IMG/VR virus record: IMGVR_UViG_3300010352_001202
Source of the DNA: a virus
Taxonomy: Duplodnaviria > Caudoviricetes
Length of the DNA: 64,000 bases
Strand: one strand, 5' to 3'
The notes beneath the pieces are model-generated. The model was not told the DNA's origin. It saw only the letters and a list, made by a program, of their open reading frames with translations, and searched no databases. Within the stretch, counting starts at the first letter, position 1; each line of letters begins with the position of its first letter. Both the position numbers and the translations under genes were made by a program. Shown here piece by piece: positions 1-8,282 of this stretch.

Positions 1-115
1 GATCCAGAAGAAGCTGGCCAAGCTGTTCGGCGAAACGGCCTCGCCCGCAGCACCGGCAGGACCGACGACCTTTTCCGCGATGGGTGTGGGACACTATCTG
101 CCGAAGCAGATGTAA
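1..115 (+). CDS. 3' end of a hypothetical protein (truncated by window start; ...HYLPKQM*)
   Basis: Frame 2 is open from the window start to TAA 113-115 with GC-rich codon usage. It ends in the same AAGCAGATGTAA as the 176-589 gene. Confidence 0.6.
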   Translation, partial: IQKKLAKLFGETASPAAPAGPTTFSAMGVGHYLPKQM

Positions 116-175
116 CAGTGGTAGACAGCAGGAGCAATCCTGCTATACTACAAACATCGCAACAAGGAGTTCAAC
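104..175 (+). promoter_or_regulatory. Repeated early promoter cassette copy 1 (TGTAACA, -35 TAGACA 122-127, -10 TATACT 144-149, RBS AAGGAG)
   Basis: Sigma70-like boxes 16 bp apart with a GCAGG..CCTGC inverted repeat in the spacer; same layout at 578 and 1625. Confidence 0.7.
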
Positions 176-589
176 ATGAAGCGGATTGTGCTTGCCGCAG
201 CAGTGCTCGTCAACCTGGTCGGGTGCGCAGTCGTTCCGGGCCCGGGGGTTGTGGGGAACGGCGACTGGCTTCAGGTGTACCGCGAGGGCAAGGTTGTCTA
301 CGAAATGAACACCCGGCAAGCTGGCCATCAGGCTTGCCTCTCGCAGGCCACGCTGATCCAGAGCCGGAACCCCGAGAAGCCGAACCTGGTGAAGTGCTCT
401 CACGAAGCAACACGCGACCCGCTTCCGTTCAGCTACACGGCACACATCCGCCGGGGCAACGACGATCAGCTGCCAAGCTCCCCTTACACCGTCAGGACAG
501 CCTCGAAGGCAATCTGTGCTGCCAGCCTTAAAGCTGACGCGGCTATGGAGAGGACGGTGATCCTGGAGAACCGGTGTAAGCAGATGTAA
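176..589 (+). CDS. Putative lipoprotein
   Basis: AAGGAG RBS; signal peptide MKRIVLAAAVLVNLVG-C with lipobox. Confidence 0.75.
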   Translation: MKRIVLAAAVLVNLVGCAVVPGPGVVGNGDWLQVYREGKVVYEMNTRQAGHQACLSQATLIQSRNPEKPNLVKCSHEATRDPLPFSYTAHIRRGNDDQLPSSPYTVRTASKAICAASLKADAAMERTVILENRCKQM

Positions 590-659
590 CACCGGTAGAC
601 GCAGGATCCACCCTGCGCTATAGTTACAACACTGCAACAGCGTTTCAAAGGAGCCCCAA
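578..659 (+). promoter_or_regulatory. Repeated early promoter cassette copy 2 (-35 TAGACG 596-601, -10 TATAGT 619-624)
   Basis: 17-bp spacer containing CGCAGG..CCTGCG; upstream AAGCAGATGTAACA identical to copy 1; AAGGAG RBS. Confidence 0.7.
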
Positions 660-893
660 ATGTCGCAAGCCACCTTCAGCACCAAGCAAGCGCAACCCGA
701 ACTGGGCCGCAACGGCAAGTGGTCCGCTGCCTTCGAGAACTTCGTGACGCGTGACGGGGAGACCTACATGAGCTCCAGCTGCACCTCGGCTCCGCTCTAC
801 GACACCGCAGTCGATGCGGAAGAGGCTGGCAAGCGTGCCATCGCCAAGCTGGACGCCACGGGGAAGTTCCCCAACATGTGCGAGCTCTGGTAG
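660..893 (+). CDS. Hypothetical protein (77 aa)
   Basis: RBS AAGGAG, GC3-rich codons, lies behind a promoter cassette. Confidence 0.75.
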   Translation: MSQATFSTKQAQPELGRNGKWSAAFENFVTRDGETYMSSSCTSAPLYDTAVDAEEAGKRAIAKLDATGKFPNMCELW

Positions 894-967
894 CCAGCAA
901 GGGGGCTAAACGCCCCTACAGCAGCACGCAGCAGCAACCAGCTACTCACACCGCAACAGCAAGCAAC

Positions 968-990
968 AGGGGCACACAAGCCCCTTTTCC
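968..990 (+). terminator. Probable intrinsic terminator
   Basis: AGGGGC-acacaa-GCCCCT stem followed by TTT. Confidence 0.45.
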
Positions 991-1003
991 TGTGGCTGCA
1001 AAA

Positions 1004-1200
1004 CCTCGCAACTGGTCTTGATCGACCTTTGAGTCAGCGCCCGAGGCTTATGACAACTTAGACAAAGTTTTTAAGACCAGTGACCCACAGACGCAAAGCC
1101 TCGCAACTGGTCTTGATCGACCTTTGAGTCAGCGCCCGAGGCTTATGACAACTTAGACAAAGTTTTTAAGACCAGTGACCCACAGACGCAAAGCCTCGCA
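1004..1200. repeat. Perfect 95-bp tandem duplication (2 copies + 7 nt)
   Basis: CCTCGCA recurs at 1004, 1099 and 1194 with identical sequence in between. Confidence 0.95.
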
Positions 1201-1624
1201 GTTTGCGTTTTAGACCCATTAGACTCGCTTTTGCACGCGCCCGAGGCTATGCGACAAAGACTCTGGCCAGTAGGCAAAAAGTCTAAAAGTCCTGAGCACT
1301 TATGACTAAGCCTCGTGCTATACCGGGCTATGTCTATCGCAGCGGCCGAGAGCATTTTCACGCTATAGCCATAGGTGTACATGCGCAAGCACAATGCATA
1401 GAGTATAGCATATGTCAAGCAGCAAACGACCAGCGTTACATCTGTTACATGGTGAGAAGTCTCGCACGCATACGGGCCCACCGGCTAAGGTCTAAGGTCA
1501 CAACGCGAGGAGGTTACGCGACTCGCAATGATCATAAGGCCTGTACGACGATCCTCGGAGCTTCACCTTCAGACTGATCAGACGACAACGCGAGACTTCA
1601 CCAACAGCCTGTCGCTGTTGTAGA

Positions 1625-1705
1625 TGTAACAAGGTGTAACAATGGTTGACCCCTGGGCGGGGTGGTGCTATAGTACATGTATTGCAACACACTGGAGCAC
1701 AGCAC
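1625..1705 (+). promoter_or_regulatory. Repeated early promoter cassette copy 3 (-35 TTGACC 1646-1651, -10 TATAGT 1669-1674)
   Basis: Two TGTAACA upstream, 17-bp spacer, GCTATAGT then GCAACA and GGAG RBS as in copies 1 and 2. Confidence 0.65.
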
Positions 1706-1798
1706 ATGGAAGCACTTGACGCACTGGTGGCACCGTCCGTTGTGATGCCGTTCGCGGGTGCCTGGCTCAGCTACCTGAAGAACAGGATGCGAGGTTAA
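1706..1798 (+). CDS. 30-aa small hydrophobic peptide MEALDALVAPSVVMPFAGAWLSYLKNRMRG
   Basis: Manual translation; GGAG RBS and promoter cassette directly upstream. Confidence 0.5.
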   Translation: MEALDALVAPSVVMPFAGAWLSYLKNRMRG

Positions 1799-1962
1799 GC
1801 CGAAATGTAAGAGAAGTAACAGTTGTAACAGTTCTCGCAAGAATCCCAGTCAGCGTGTAGGATATTCGAGGTGTGGGACTTTTACAACGCCGGGCAAGCC
1901 GCAACTAAAAATTCTACCAAATCCATATAGGTCGGATTTTCCTACACAGCATTCGCACTCGA

Positions 1963-1991
1963 TTGTTTTAAAAGGTCGGTCATGTTATATT
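1963..1991 (+). promoter_or_regulatory. Possible sigma70 promoter driving the paralog array
   Basis: TTGTTT-17 bp-TATATT with extended -10 TG. Confidence 0.35.
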
Positions 1992-1999
1992 AATTTATA

Positions 2000-2314
2000 A
2001 TGCCTGACCAAGAACCGTATCCACATCGTTGCGACTATATGAAGTGCTTGCTGAATAATACTAAACTCAGCGGCAGGGATATCCTATCTATTACAAATAA
2101 TATGTGTGTATGGTTGTATAACATTCCACACAAGTGGTCTACTTGGACAGATACTACTCCTATATGGATTATTGACCGTCCTGCTGTAAGTACACAAGGG
2201 CATTGGATGCATATGGCTACCTATATTTCCTTTACACATGCAGAAGACCTTCTAGCCTTTAGGCTCGCCTGGGGCATTCATCCGCACAGTATTGTAACAG
2301 TGAGTGTAGCGTGA
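2000..2314 (+). CDS. Array family member 1
   Basis: C-terminal EDLLAFRLAWG; true start may be downstream of 2000. Confidence 0.75.
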   Translation: MPDQEPYPHRCDYMKCLLNNTKLSGRDILSITNNMCVWLYNIPHKWSTWTDTTPIWIIDRPAVSTQGHWMHMATYISFTHAEDLLAFRLAWGIHPHSIVTVSVA

Positions 2315-2556
2315 AGAACTTCAAGTACAAGACTCCCATTACAAGAGTACTCAAGCGTAAAATTAATGCATCCGTTCATGCTGATCGCTTCATGGATGTT
2401 GATGAATGGGTTGCTGCTTCATTTGGGCCGCTCAATGCACATATAGAGTATGTAGAAGATCCGCACTTAATTGGGCAGGGTGATTGGATGCTCTTTACTA
2501 ACTGTGAGGAAGATATTGCAGCATTCAGACTCAAGTGGGGATTCGACTATGACTAA
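2311..2556 (+). CDS. Array family member 2
   Basis: EEDIAAFRLKWG; GTGA overlap. Confidence 0.8.
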   Translation: MKNFKYKTPITRVLKRKINASVHADRFMDVDEWVAASFGPLNAHIEYVEDPHLIGQGDWMLFTNCEEDIAAFRLKWGFDYD

Positions 2557-2716
2557 ACTCAAGCTTGATAGTCGACTTGTTACCTTACGGGAAGTTGATG
2601 AAATCTTAGCTTGGCTTAAAACTGTTGAGCACCATTTCCCTGGAACTACGCTCGGGGAGATTTGGTTTACACACAGTTATGATGCCTTAGAGTTTAGATT
2701 GAGATTTGGGTTATGA
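2549..2716 (+). CDS. Array family member 3
   Basis: MTKLKL..YDALEFRLRFGL; ATG 2549. Confidence 0.8.
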   Translation: MTKLKLDSRLVTLREVDEILAWLKTVEHHFPGTTLGEIWFTHSYDALEFRLRFGL

Positions 2717-2889
2717 TCTTAGTAGCTATTGAAATAGGCTTATATCCCTTTGAAGAACTCGAGGACTGGTGTTATACAAATGTAGAAAGTATTCTACATT
2801 GGCTATGTCTTAAACATGCCGGATATTACAGGTTTATGTTTACTGTTGAAGAAGATGCGACTGCGTTTAAGTTAAGGTTTGGGTTATGA
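2713..2889 (+). CDS. Array family member 4 (58 aa, not in ORF track)
   Basis: MILVAIEIG..EDWCY..EEDATAFKLRFGL; ATGA overlaps at both ends. Confidence 0.85.
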   Translation: MILVAIEIGLYPFEELEDWCYTNVESILHWLCLKHAGYYRFMFTVEEDATAFKLRFGL

Positions 2890-3044
2890 TTAAAGTAAAA
2901 TTCCCAATGGATGTGTCTGGAGCATTAGAAAAAGAAATATGTGCTTGGGTTAAGGAACATGCACAGTTGGGTGATCCTGCTGACCATATCTTGTTTGAAG
3001 ATGAAGAACTTGCTATCTACTTTAGACTAAGGTTTGGGATATGA
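2886..3044 (+). CDS. Array family member 5 (52 aa, not in ORF track)
   Basis: MIKVKFP..ICAWVKEH..EELAIYFRLRFGI. Confidence 0.85.
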   Translation: MIKVKFPMDVSGALEKEICAWVKEHAQLGDPADHILFEDEELAIYFRLRFGI

Positions 3045-3220
3045 TTACTATTACACTTCCGCAAATAAACAAAGTTAGAAAAAGAAATATGATAATCTGG
3101 GTATTAACATATGCGGATGGATATGAGTTTATAACTCTACCTAGTAAAATGGTTACAGTAGGGGTAAAGCTTACTGATGAAGATGCAGTAGCGTTTAGGC
3201 TAAAGTTTGCATATGGTTGA
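3041..3220 (+). CDS. Array family member 6 (59 aa, not in ORF track)
   Basis: MITITLP..GVKLTDEDAVAFRLKFAYG. Confidence 0.85.
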   Translation: MITITLPQINKVRKRNMIIWVLTYADGYEFITLPSKMVTVGVKLTDEDAVAFRLKFAYG

Positions 3221-3392
3221 GTTTGAATTCTCTACTAAGCATAATGCGACTATTAGGGCACAGATGTATAACTGGATAAAAGCAAATGCAAAGGATGCTA
3301 AGTTTACAGTTATGGATGATAGGATGCTTGTTATCGGAGTAAAGCTTAACGAGCAGGATGCAGTAGCTTTTAGATTAAAGTTTGGATTATGA
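3213..3392 (+). CDS. Array family member 7
   Basis: GVKLNEQDAVAFRLKFGL. Confidence 0.85.
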   Translation: MVEFEFSTKHNATIRAQMYNWIKANAKDAKFTVMDDRMLVIGVKLNEQDAVAFRLKFGL

Positions 3393-3622
3393 ATATAAAG
3401 TTTCCTTATAACAATGCTTTTATAGCTGTAGTTAGGAGCCGGGGAAAGTATGCTGACATGAGCCAGATACATTTAAAATGTCTGATATGGCTAGATGAGA
3501 ATCTCGAAGTCGATGATGATTATAAATGGGGAAGTAAAGAAAAGACTTGCATTGTAAATGAGTTTCTTTACTTTAAAAAGGAAGAAGACTTGCTAGCCTT
3601 TAGATTGGCGTGTGGCGTATAA
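3389..3622 (+). CDS. Array family member 8
   Basis: EEDLLAFRLACGV. Confidence 0.85.
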   Translation: MNIKFPYNNAFIAVVRSRGKYADMSQIHLKCLIWLDENLEVDDDYKWGSKEKTCIVNEFLYFKKEEDLLAFRLACGV

Positions 3623-3852
3623 TGTTGTGGCAGAAGAAAAGACAAATGGATGAAGACGATAATGAATACTCTTGTCGTCTATTAAATCCTGTGGGACAAC
3701 CCGGCAGGCATTATGTTACTGAAGAGATTAAGGACTGGCTTGCTGCGAATGCAATAAAGTTTAGATATGATTGGGAAGATCCGCACGATATCGAATATGT
3801 GATTATTAATCCGGAAGATAGATTAGCTTTGAAACTAAAGTTTGGCTTATGA
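3622..3852 (+). CDS. Array family member 9
   Basis: IKDWL..EDRLALKLKFGL; TAATG coupling. Confidence 0.8.
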   Translation: MLWQKKRQMDEDDNEYSCRLLNPVGQPGRHYVTEEIKDWLAANAIKFRYDWEDPHDIEYVIINPEDRLALKLKFGL

Positions 3853-4019
3853 AATTAACAAAGGTTTACGGTTACTGGAATGATGAAACCATAAAGTGGC
3901 TTAATGATAATTGTAAATGGATCTGGTATGATAAGGAAAGAGCTGCGCCTTTTAGAGCAACATTTCTGGTATGGGATGAACAAGATGCACTTGCGTTTAA
4001 TTTAAGGTTTGGTACATGA
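3849..4019 (+). CDS. Array family member 10 (56 aa, not in ORF track)
   Basis: MKLTKVYGYWNDETIKWL..EQDALAFNLRFGT. Confidence 0.85.
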   Translation: MKLTKVYGYWNDETIKWLNDNCKWIWYDKERAAPFRATFLVWDEQDALAFNLRFGT

Positions 4020-4219
4020 TTAGGGTTTGGACATACCTTGGCGGGCAACGCGGTAGTGAGAAGATAGGTAAACTATATAAGCCGTGGTGCGATGAGAATG
4101 TAAACAGAGCCGAATGGGATTATGGCTGGGAATATGATGATAAAAACAAATCCTGGTTATGCTTCTCTTTTTCTAGAGGCGAAGATGCTACTGCGTTTAA
4201 ATTAAAGTTTGGGCTATGA
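4016..4219 (+). CDS. Array family member 11
   Basis: GEDATAFKLKFGL. Confidence 0.85.
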   Translation: MIRVWTYLGGQRGSEKIGKLYKPWCDENVNRAEWDYGWEYDDKNKSWLCFSFSRGEDATAFKLKFGL

Positions 4220-4314
4220 ATATGATTAACAGTATAGATAATGTAGTGTGGAAATTGTCGCTTTCGGCGCGCTATCGCACTGAGCCAAGCCTAGGGACCG
4301 GAGTTCTAAAATGA
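4216..4314 (+). CDS. 32-aa coupled ORF lacking the family motif (possible remnant)
   Basis: ATGA overlaps at both ends. Confidence 0.4.
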   Translation: MNMINSIDNVVWKLSLSARYRTEPSLGTGVLK

Positions 4315-4565
4315 GCATGGAGCATAAAGTACAATGCAAGCTAGGATATGGGAAAGATATCTGGTCGGGGAAGAGTCTGGTATGGCCGATTGAATCTCCT
4401 ACCAATGATCAAATTGAGACTTGTAAGAAATGGTGTAAGGAACATATAGGTTCTAATGGTTGGAACTATTATGGGAAGTACAGAAAGATTCCTTGCCAGT
4501 TTAGATTTAAACAGCGCGAAGACTTGCTTGCCTTCAAGCTTGTATTCTTTGGATTACTAGAATGA
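4311..4565 (+). CDS. Array family member 12
   Basis: KKWCKEH..REDLLAFKLVFFGL. Confidence 0.85.
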   Translation: MSMEHKVQCKLGYGKDIWSGKSLVWPIESPTNDQIETCKKWCKEHIGSNGWNYYGKYRKIPCQFRFKQREDLLAFKLVFFGLLE

Positions 4566-4780
4566 TGCTAGTTAGATACATAGATTCGAATAGTATCTAT
4601 GTTACATTTCCTGCTAACTGGTCATCTTCGTATTCTGATCATCCATGGCCTAACGGTGTGCGGGAATGGCTTATGGAGAATGACATTCCTATTAGGCCGG
4701 GCATTATGCAAGGAAAAGAAACAGGTATCTTCTTAGATGGAGCCGATGCTATGGCATTCATACTGAAGTTTGGATTATGA
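4562..4780 (+). CDS. Array family member 13
   Basis: VREWL..ADAMAFILKFGL. Confidence 0.85.
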   Translation: MMLVRYIDSNSIYVTFPANWSSSYSDHPWPNGVREWLMENDIPIRPGIMQGKETGIFLDGADAMAFILKFGL

Positions 4781-4950
4781 AACTAACAAGAGTTTATGGC
4801 TATTGGAATGATGAAACCATAGAGTGGCTTAATACCAATTGCTATAAATGGACGTGGTATGATAAGGAAAGGGCAGCGCCGTTTAGAGCATCGTTCCTTG
4901 TGTGGGACGAAGAAGATGCCTTAGCTTTCAATTTACGGTTCGGAACATGA
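4777..4950 (+). CDS. Array family member 14 (57 aa, not in ORF track; near copy of member 10)
   Basis: MKLTRVYGYWNDETIEWL..EEDALAFNLRFGT. Confidence 0.85.
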   Translation: MKLTRVYGYWNDETIEWLNTNCYKWTWYDKERAAPFRASFLVWDEEDALAFNLRFGT

Positions 4951-5261
4951 CGTTAGATGAAGACTACACTGCCGGAGTTTTAAAAGGACTTCCCATATTC
5001 CTTGTGAATCGGGAGTATAATGAGTCTACGGCTTTATCGTTTATGAAAGTTAGATATGCTGTCTATCTTCCTAATGGATACATGGTTAGTGTTATCGAGT
5101 TCTATGATAGACTTAACTCCGGTGGATACCAGTACGAAATGAAAATAATATCTGACAGGGTTAGTTACGATATTGAGCGCGGTGATGCTATGTTCATACA
5201 CGAAATGCTAACAGAAATAGAAAAATGGGAACCGGAAAGTGATCGTACACTTCACTTTTAA
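4947..5261 (+). CDS. Hypothetical protein inside the array, no family motif
   Basis: ATG 4947 coupled by ATGA; 104 aa. Confidence 0.65.
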   Translation: MTLDEDYTAGVLKGLPIFLVNREYNESTALSFMKVRYAVYLPNGYMVSVIEFYDRLNSGGYQYEMKIISDRVSYDIERGDAMFIHEMLTEIEKWEPESDRTLHF

Positions 5262-5472
5262 CATTTATAAATCATCCTATTTGCATTTGGAGATGAGTCG
5301 CTGGCTAATGGATAGAGTTTATGAACCGCCATTAGCAAAGTCCTGGGCGTTCCTTTATGGAGTGGGTAGCTACTCCGATCCAGGATATGATAGAATTATA
5401 TTCTTAAATGAGGAAGATGCATTAGCGTTCAAGCTTGTATTTCAGGAATGGGTATATAAGGTAGAAGGATGA
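5239..5472 (+). CDS. Array family member 15
   Basis: EEDALAFKLVF. Confidence 0.85.
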   Translation: MIVHFTFNIYKSSYLHLEMSRWLMDRVYEPPLAKSWAFLYGVGSYSDPGYDRIIFLNEEDALAFKLVFQEWVYKVEG

Positions 5473-5693
5473 TAAAGTTAAGATTCGAACAGCCTATAAT
5501 ACGGCGTAGTTCAATCCAAATTGATATGGATCGTTGGTGTTACAGGAATGCCATGACTGCTGAAAATAAGGATTGGTTGTTCAAAAGGGACTACCATGCT
5601 AAGGGCCCGGGTATATATTATGACGGGCTCTGGTTCTTATACGACGAGGATGCTACTGCATTCACACTAAAGTATCGACAATGGATTTTATAG
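5469..5693 (+). CDS. Array family member 16
   Basis: DEDATAFTLKY. Confidence 0.85.
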   Translation: MIKLRFEQPIIRRSSIQIDMDRWCYRNAMTAENKDWLFKRDYHAKGPGIYYDGLWFLYDEDATAFTLKYRQWIL

Positions 5694-5869
5694 AAATACG
5701 CATAGGTGATCTTCCCATGACTAAGTACAGGGAAGTAATGTCCTATCTCCGCAATGAAAGAATTTGCTATAAAGCAATCGAAGATTCTTTCCTTGGAACC
5801 AATTGGCCCAACTCTATTAAGTTGTCAAGCGAAGATGCTATAATACTAAAACTAAAGCTTGGAATATGA
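5681..5869 (+). CDS. Array family member 17
   Basis: SEDAIILKLKLGI. Confidence 0.8.
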   Translation: MDFIEIRIGDLPMTKYREVMSYLRNERICYKAIEDSFLGTNWPNSIKLSSEDAIILKLKLGI

Positions 5870-6078
5870 CATATATAGATTTCTCTCCTTATTATAAACA
5901 TAACACCGATCATTGGGTGAGATCTAAATGGGTCGATGAAGTAAGGACTTGGCTAGAAGAACATGCAGGTGAAGAAGTTCATACATGGACTTGGAGTCGT
6001 GGTGACTTGCTTGCGCACGGGGTACATATAAAGGATCCGGAAGTAGCATTAATGTTTCGTCTAAGGTTTGAAGTATGA
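5866..6078 (+). CDS. Array family member 18
   Basis: VRTWL..PEVALMFRLRFEV. Confidence 0.8.
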   Translation: MTYIDFSPYYKHNTDHWVRSKWVDEVRTWLEEHAGEEVHTWTWSRGDLLAHGVHIKDPEVALMFRLRFEV

Positions 6079-6275
6079 AATACTATGTGGGCGGAGTAAT
6101 GGTTCCGGTACATAGGTTTAAAGAAATACCCGACTGGGTAGGTACTGTCATACCACGCAATAATTATAAATGGTTCCCTGCTCTCGATTCATTATCGGGT
6201 CCCCGACTTATATTCTGCCATGAAGAAGATTATGTTGCATTTAAACTACGCTTTCAAGTAGGTAAGCCATTATGA
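6075..6275 (+). CDS. Array family member 19
   Basis: EEDYVAFKLRF. Confidence 0.85.
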   Translation: MKYYVGGVMVPVHRFKEIPDWVGTVIPRNNYKWFPALDSLSGPRLIFCHEEDYVAFKLRFQVGKPL

Positions 6276-6451
6276 TTATAAGAGAACAAATGGGTGAAGT
6301 GTTCACGCAAGAATCTGTGGCGTGGATGTATATCAATATACCCGAAGACTCTTTCCGTATTGTTGTTGACTCTGTGCATAATGCATTCGTAGGATACGAG
6401 TTCGATAACATGGAAGATGTGGTAGCCTTTAAGATACGGTTTGGTTTATGA
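6272..6451 (+). CDS. Array family member 20 (59 aa, not in ORF track)
   Basis: MIIREQ..MEDVVAFKIRFGL. Confidence 0.85.
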   Translation: MIIREQMGEVFTQESVAWMYINIPEDSFRIVVDSVHNAFVGYEFDNMEDVVAFKIRFGL

Positions 6452-6630
6452 CACTAGTAGATATTGATCATCGTAAAAATGATATGCTTGTGGACTTAAA
6501 AATAACAATTTGGTTGTCTAAACTTAATATGGATGTATGGCGGTGGAAATATATCAATGGCCGTCTTATCGCAATCGAGTTTGATGACTCGGAAGATGCT
6601 GTAGCATTCAGGTTAGTATTTAAGTTATGA
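6448..6630 (+). CDS. Array family member 21
   Basis: SEDAVAFRLVFKL. Confidence 0.85.
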   Translation: MTLVDIDHRKNDMLVDLKITIWLSKLNMDVWRWKYINGRLIAIEFDDSEDAVAFRLVFKL

Positions 6631-6833
6631 TTGAAATAAGAATAGAAAAAATGACCGACCATATGGATACATATGATCCGTGGGTAATGCAGGAAATGTA
6701 TGATTGGTTAGAAGTCAACCATGAATCTAAGTTTGCATTAAACCGAGTCTGGGGCAACAGAATGAACCTACAACTGTACGGACCCAATTGCTCTCAGACC
6801 GCATTGGCCTTTAAACTAAAGTTTGGCGTATAA
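6627..6833 (+). CDS. Array family member 22
   Basis: MYDWL..TALAFKLKFGV. Confidence 0.85.
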   Translation: MIEIRIEKMTDHMDTYDPWVMQEMYDWLEVNHESKFALNRVWGNRMNLQLYGPNCSQTALAFKLKFGV

Positions 6834-6842
6834 AGGCACACC

Positions 6843-7067
6843 ATGGACATCATTTCATTCTATCCTACTTTCCGTGACGAGTCAATTGACAAGGATGCTC
6901 GCATTGCCGAATTCAGGGCATGGCTTGAACAGCACGGCGAATACGGACGTCTATTCATGTGGGATATCGGACGCATTGGCCCGCAGGATCCAAATAGTTA
7001 TATTCGCGGTGTAAAGATCTTCGAAGGCGAGATTGCTACCCTGTTCAAGCTGATGTTTGAAATATGA
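6843..7067 (+). CDS. Array family member 23
   Basis: FRAWL..EIATLFKLMFEI. Confidence 0.8.
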   Translation: MDIISFYPTFRDESIDKDARIAEFRAWLEQHGEYGRLFMWDIGRIGPQDPNSYIRGVKIFEGEIATLFKLMFEI

Positions 7068-7234
7068 CTAAGATCAAAATTGAGGATGCACCGTCCGAGC
7101 TATGGGAATGGTGCAGGGATAATCTCGAAATAGGTTCATGGAAAATGATGTTGCCCATTATGGGCAATTCCGCCACTTATTGTTTTGATAAGGAAGAAGA
7201 TGCCACTGCCTTCAAACTGGTATTTGGTTTGTGA
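7064..7234 (+). CDS. Array family member 24 (56 aa, not in ORF track)
   Basis: LWEWCRDN..EEDATAFKLVFGL. Confidence 0.85.
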   Translation: MTKIKIEDAPSELWEWCRDNLEIGSWKMMLPIMGNSATYCFDKEEDATAFKLVFGL

Positions 7235-7461
7235 GAATATACTTTCCTAAATATTGTTATCCGTGGAATACGCTGTATGATGAATATCACCATCAAGTAA
7301 ATAGTGCTGTCAAGTGGCTAACATTTAATAATATTAAATTTGAATTGATATGGCCCGAGGGGCAAATAGTCTACGGAGGCATTCTTCCTGATTCAGTAAT
7401 ACTCGAGGATGAAGAAACTGCAACACTAATGCGGCTTTCGCACAGGTTTGAATTAGAATGA
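7231..7461 (+). CDS. Array family member 25 (divergent)
   Basis: VKWL..EETATLMRL. Confidence 0.75.
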   Translation: MRIYFPKYCYPWNTLYDEYHHQVNSAVKWLTFNNIKFELIWPEGQIVYGGILPDSVILEDEETATLMRLSHRFELE

Positions 7462-7667
7462 AAGAAGAAAAAGATATAACTCAGTGGTTTAGATTCAAAT
7501 TGCAACCCGGCTGGATTAATGTCCTGGAACCAGATGAGTTTCAGACGTGGACCCAAGAAAATAATATCAACTGGGATATGCTTCCTATTGGTTATCTAAT
7601 GAATCCTATTCTTGTATTTGAGACCGAGGAAGGATTAATTCTATTTAGACTTAGGTTCGGATTGTGA
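7458..7667 (+). CDS. Array family member 26
   Basis: EEGLILFRLRFGL. Confidence 0.85.
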   Translation: MKEEKDITQWFRFKLQPGWINVLEPDEFQTWTQENNINWDMLPIGYLMNPILVFETEEGLILFRLRFGL

Positions 7668-7861
7668 GAACCGAATACTTTGTTGTGTTGCAGGCTGGTT
7701 GGAGTTTTAAGTTTTGCCCGACTGATTTTCGCACCTGGGCAAAACAGCAAGGAATAAAAGACTCCGATTGGGAATTTAATAATGTAGATCACGGAAACGG
7801 TATACTATATTTTAAACGCGGCGAGGATGCATTAGCGTTCAAGATGAAATTTTTATTATGA
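7664..7861 (+). CDS. Array family member 27
   Basis: GEDALAFKMKF. Confidence 0.85.
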   Translation: MRTEYFVVLQAGWSFKFCPTDFRTWAKQQGIKDSDWEFNNVDHGNGILYFKRGEDALAFKMKFLL

Positions 7862-8088
7862 AATCATACAGATTGAATCAGCCCTGGCTTTGTGATGAAG
7901 TATACCAACAGGCGAAGGATTGGACATGGGCAAATGCTCATGATATCTTTATGTCATTCGGCGCCTCGTATGGCATCTCCTATCTAAACGGTAAAACATA
8001 TTATGCTACAATCGAATTCGAGTACGAAGAAGATTTTATAGCATTCAAACTAAGATTTCCAGAATTATTTGCGGAGAAAGTTTGCTAG
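7858..8088 (+). CDS. Array family member 28
   Basis: EEDFIAFKLRF. Confidence 0.85.
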   Translation: MKSYRLNQPWLCDEVYQQAKDWTWANAHDIFMSFGASYGISYLNGKTYYATIEFEYEEDFIAFKLRFPELFAEKVC

Positions 8089-8282
8089 ATACAAAAGTCC
8101 GTCTTCGTCTGTCCGGCCTCGATAATGCCGATCACATAAAGGTCAAAGAATATAAAAATTGGCTTAATGATCGAAATATAAAACATAATTTTGTTAAAAA
8201 CCCGGATTGGTCGGTAATACCCGAGTACGTTCTGCTCGAAGCCGGTGATGCCATGGCATTTAAATTAGCGTTTGGATTATGA
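8082..8282 (+). CDS. Array family member 29
   Basis: GDAMAFKLAFGL; TTG start. Confidence 0.8.
   Translation: MLDTKVRLRLSGLDNADHIKVKEYKNWLNDRNIKHNFVKNPDWSVIPEYVLLEAGDAMAFKLAFGL

Noticed and set aside
1004-1200. Mini-CRISPR
   Set aside because: Head-to-tail 95-bp duplication with no unique spacers.
118-1577. Alternative-frame ORFs (118-531, 143-718, 1143-1481, 1302-1577)
   Set aside because: They overlap better-supported genes or repeat DNA, and stop-poor GC-rich sequence explains them.
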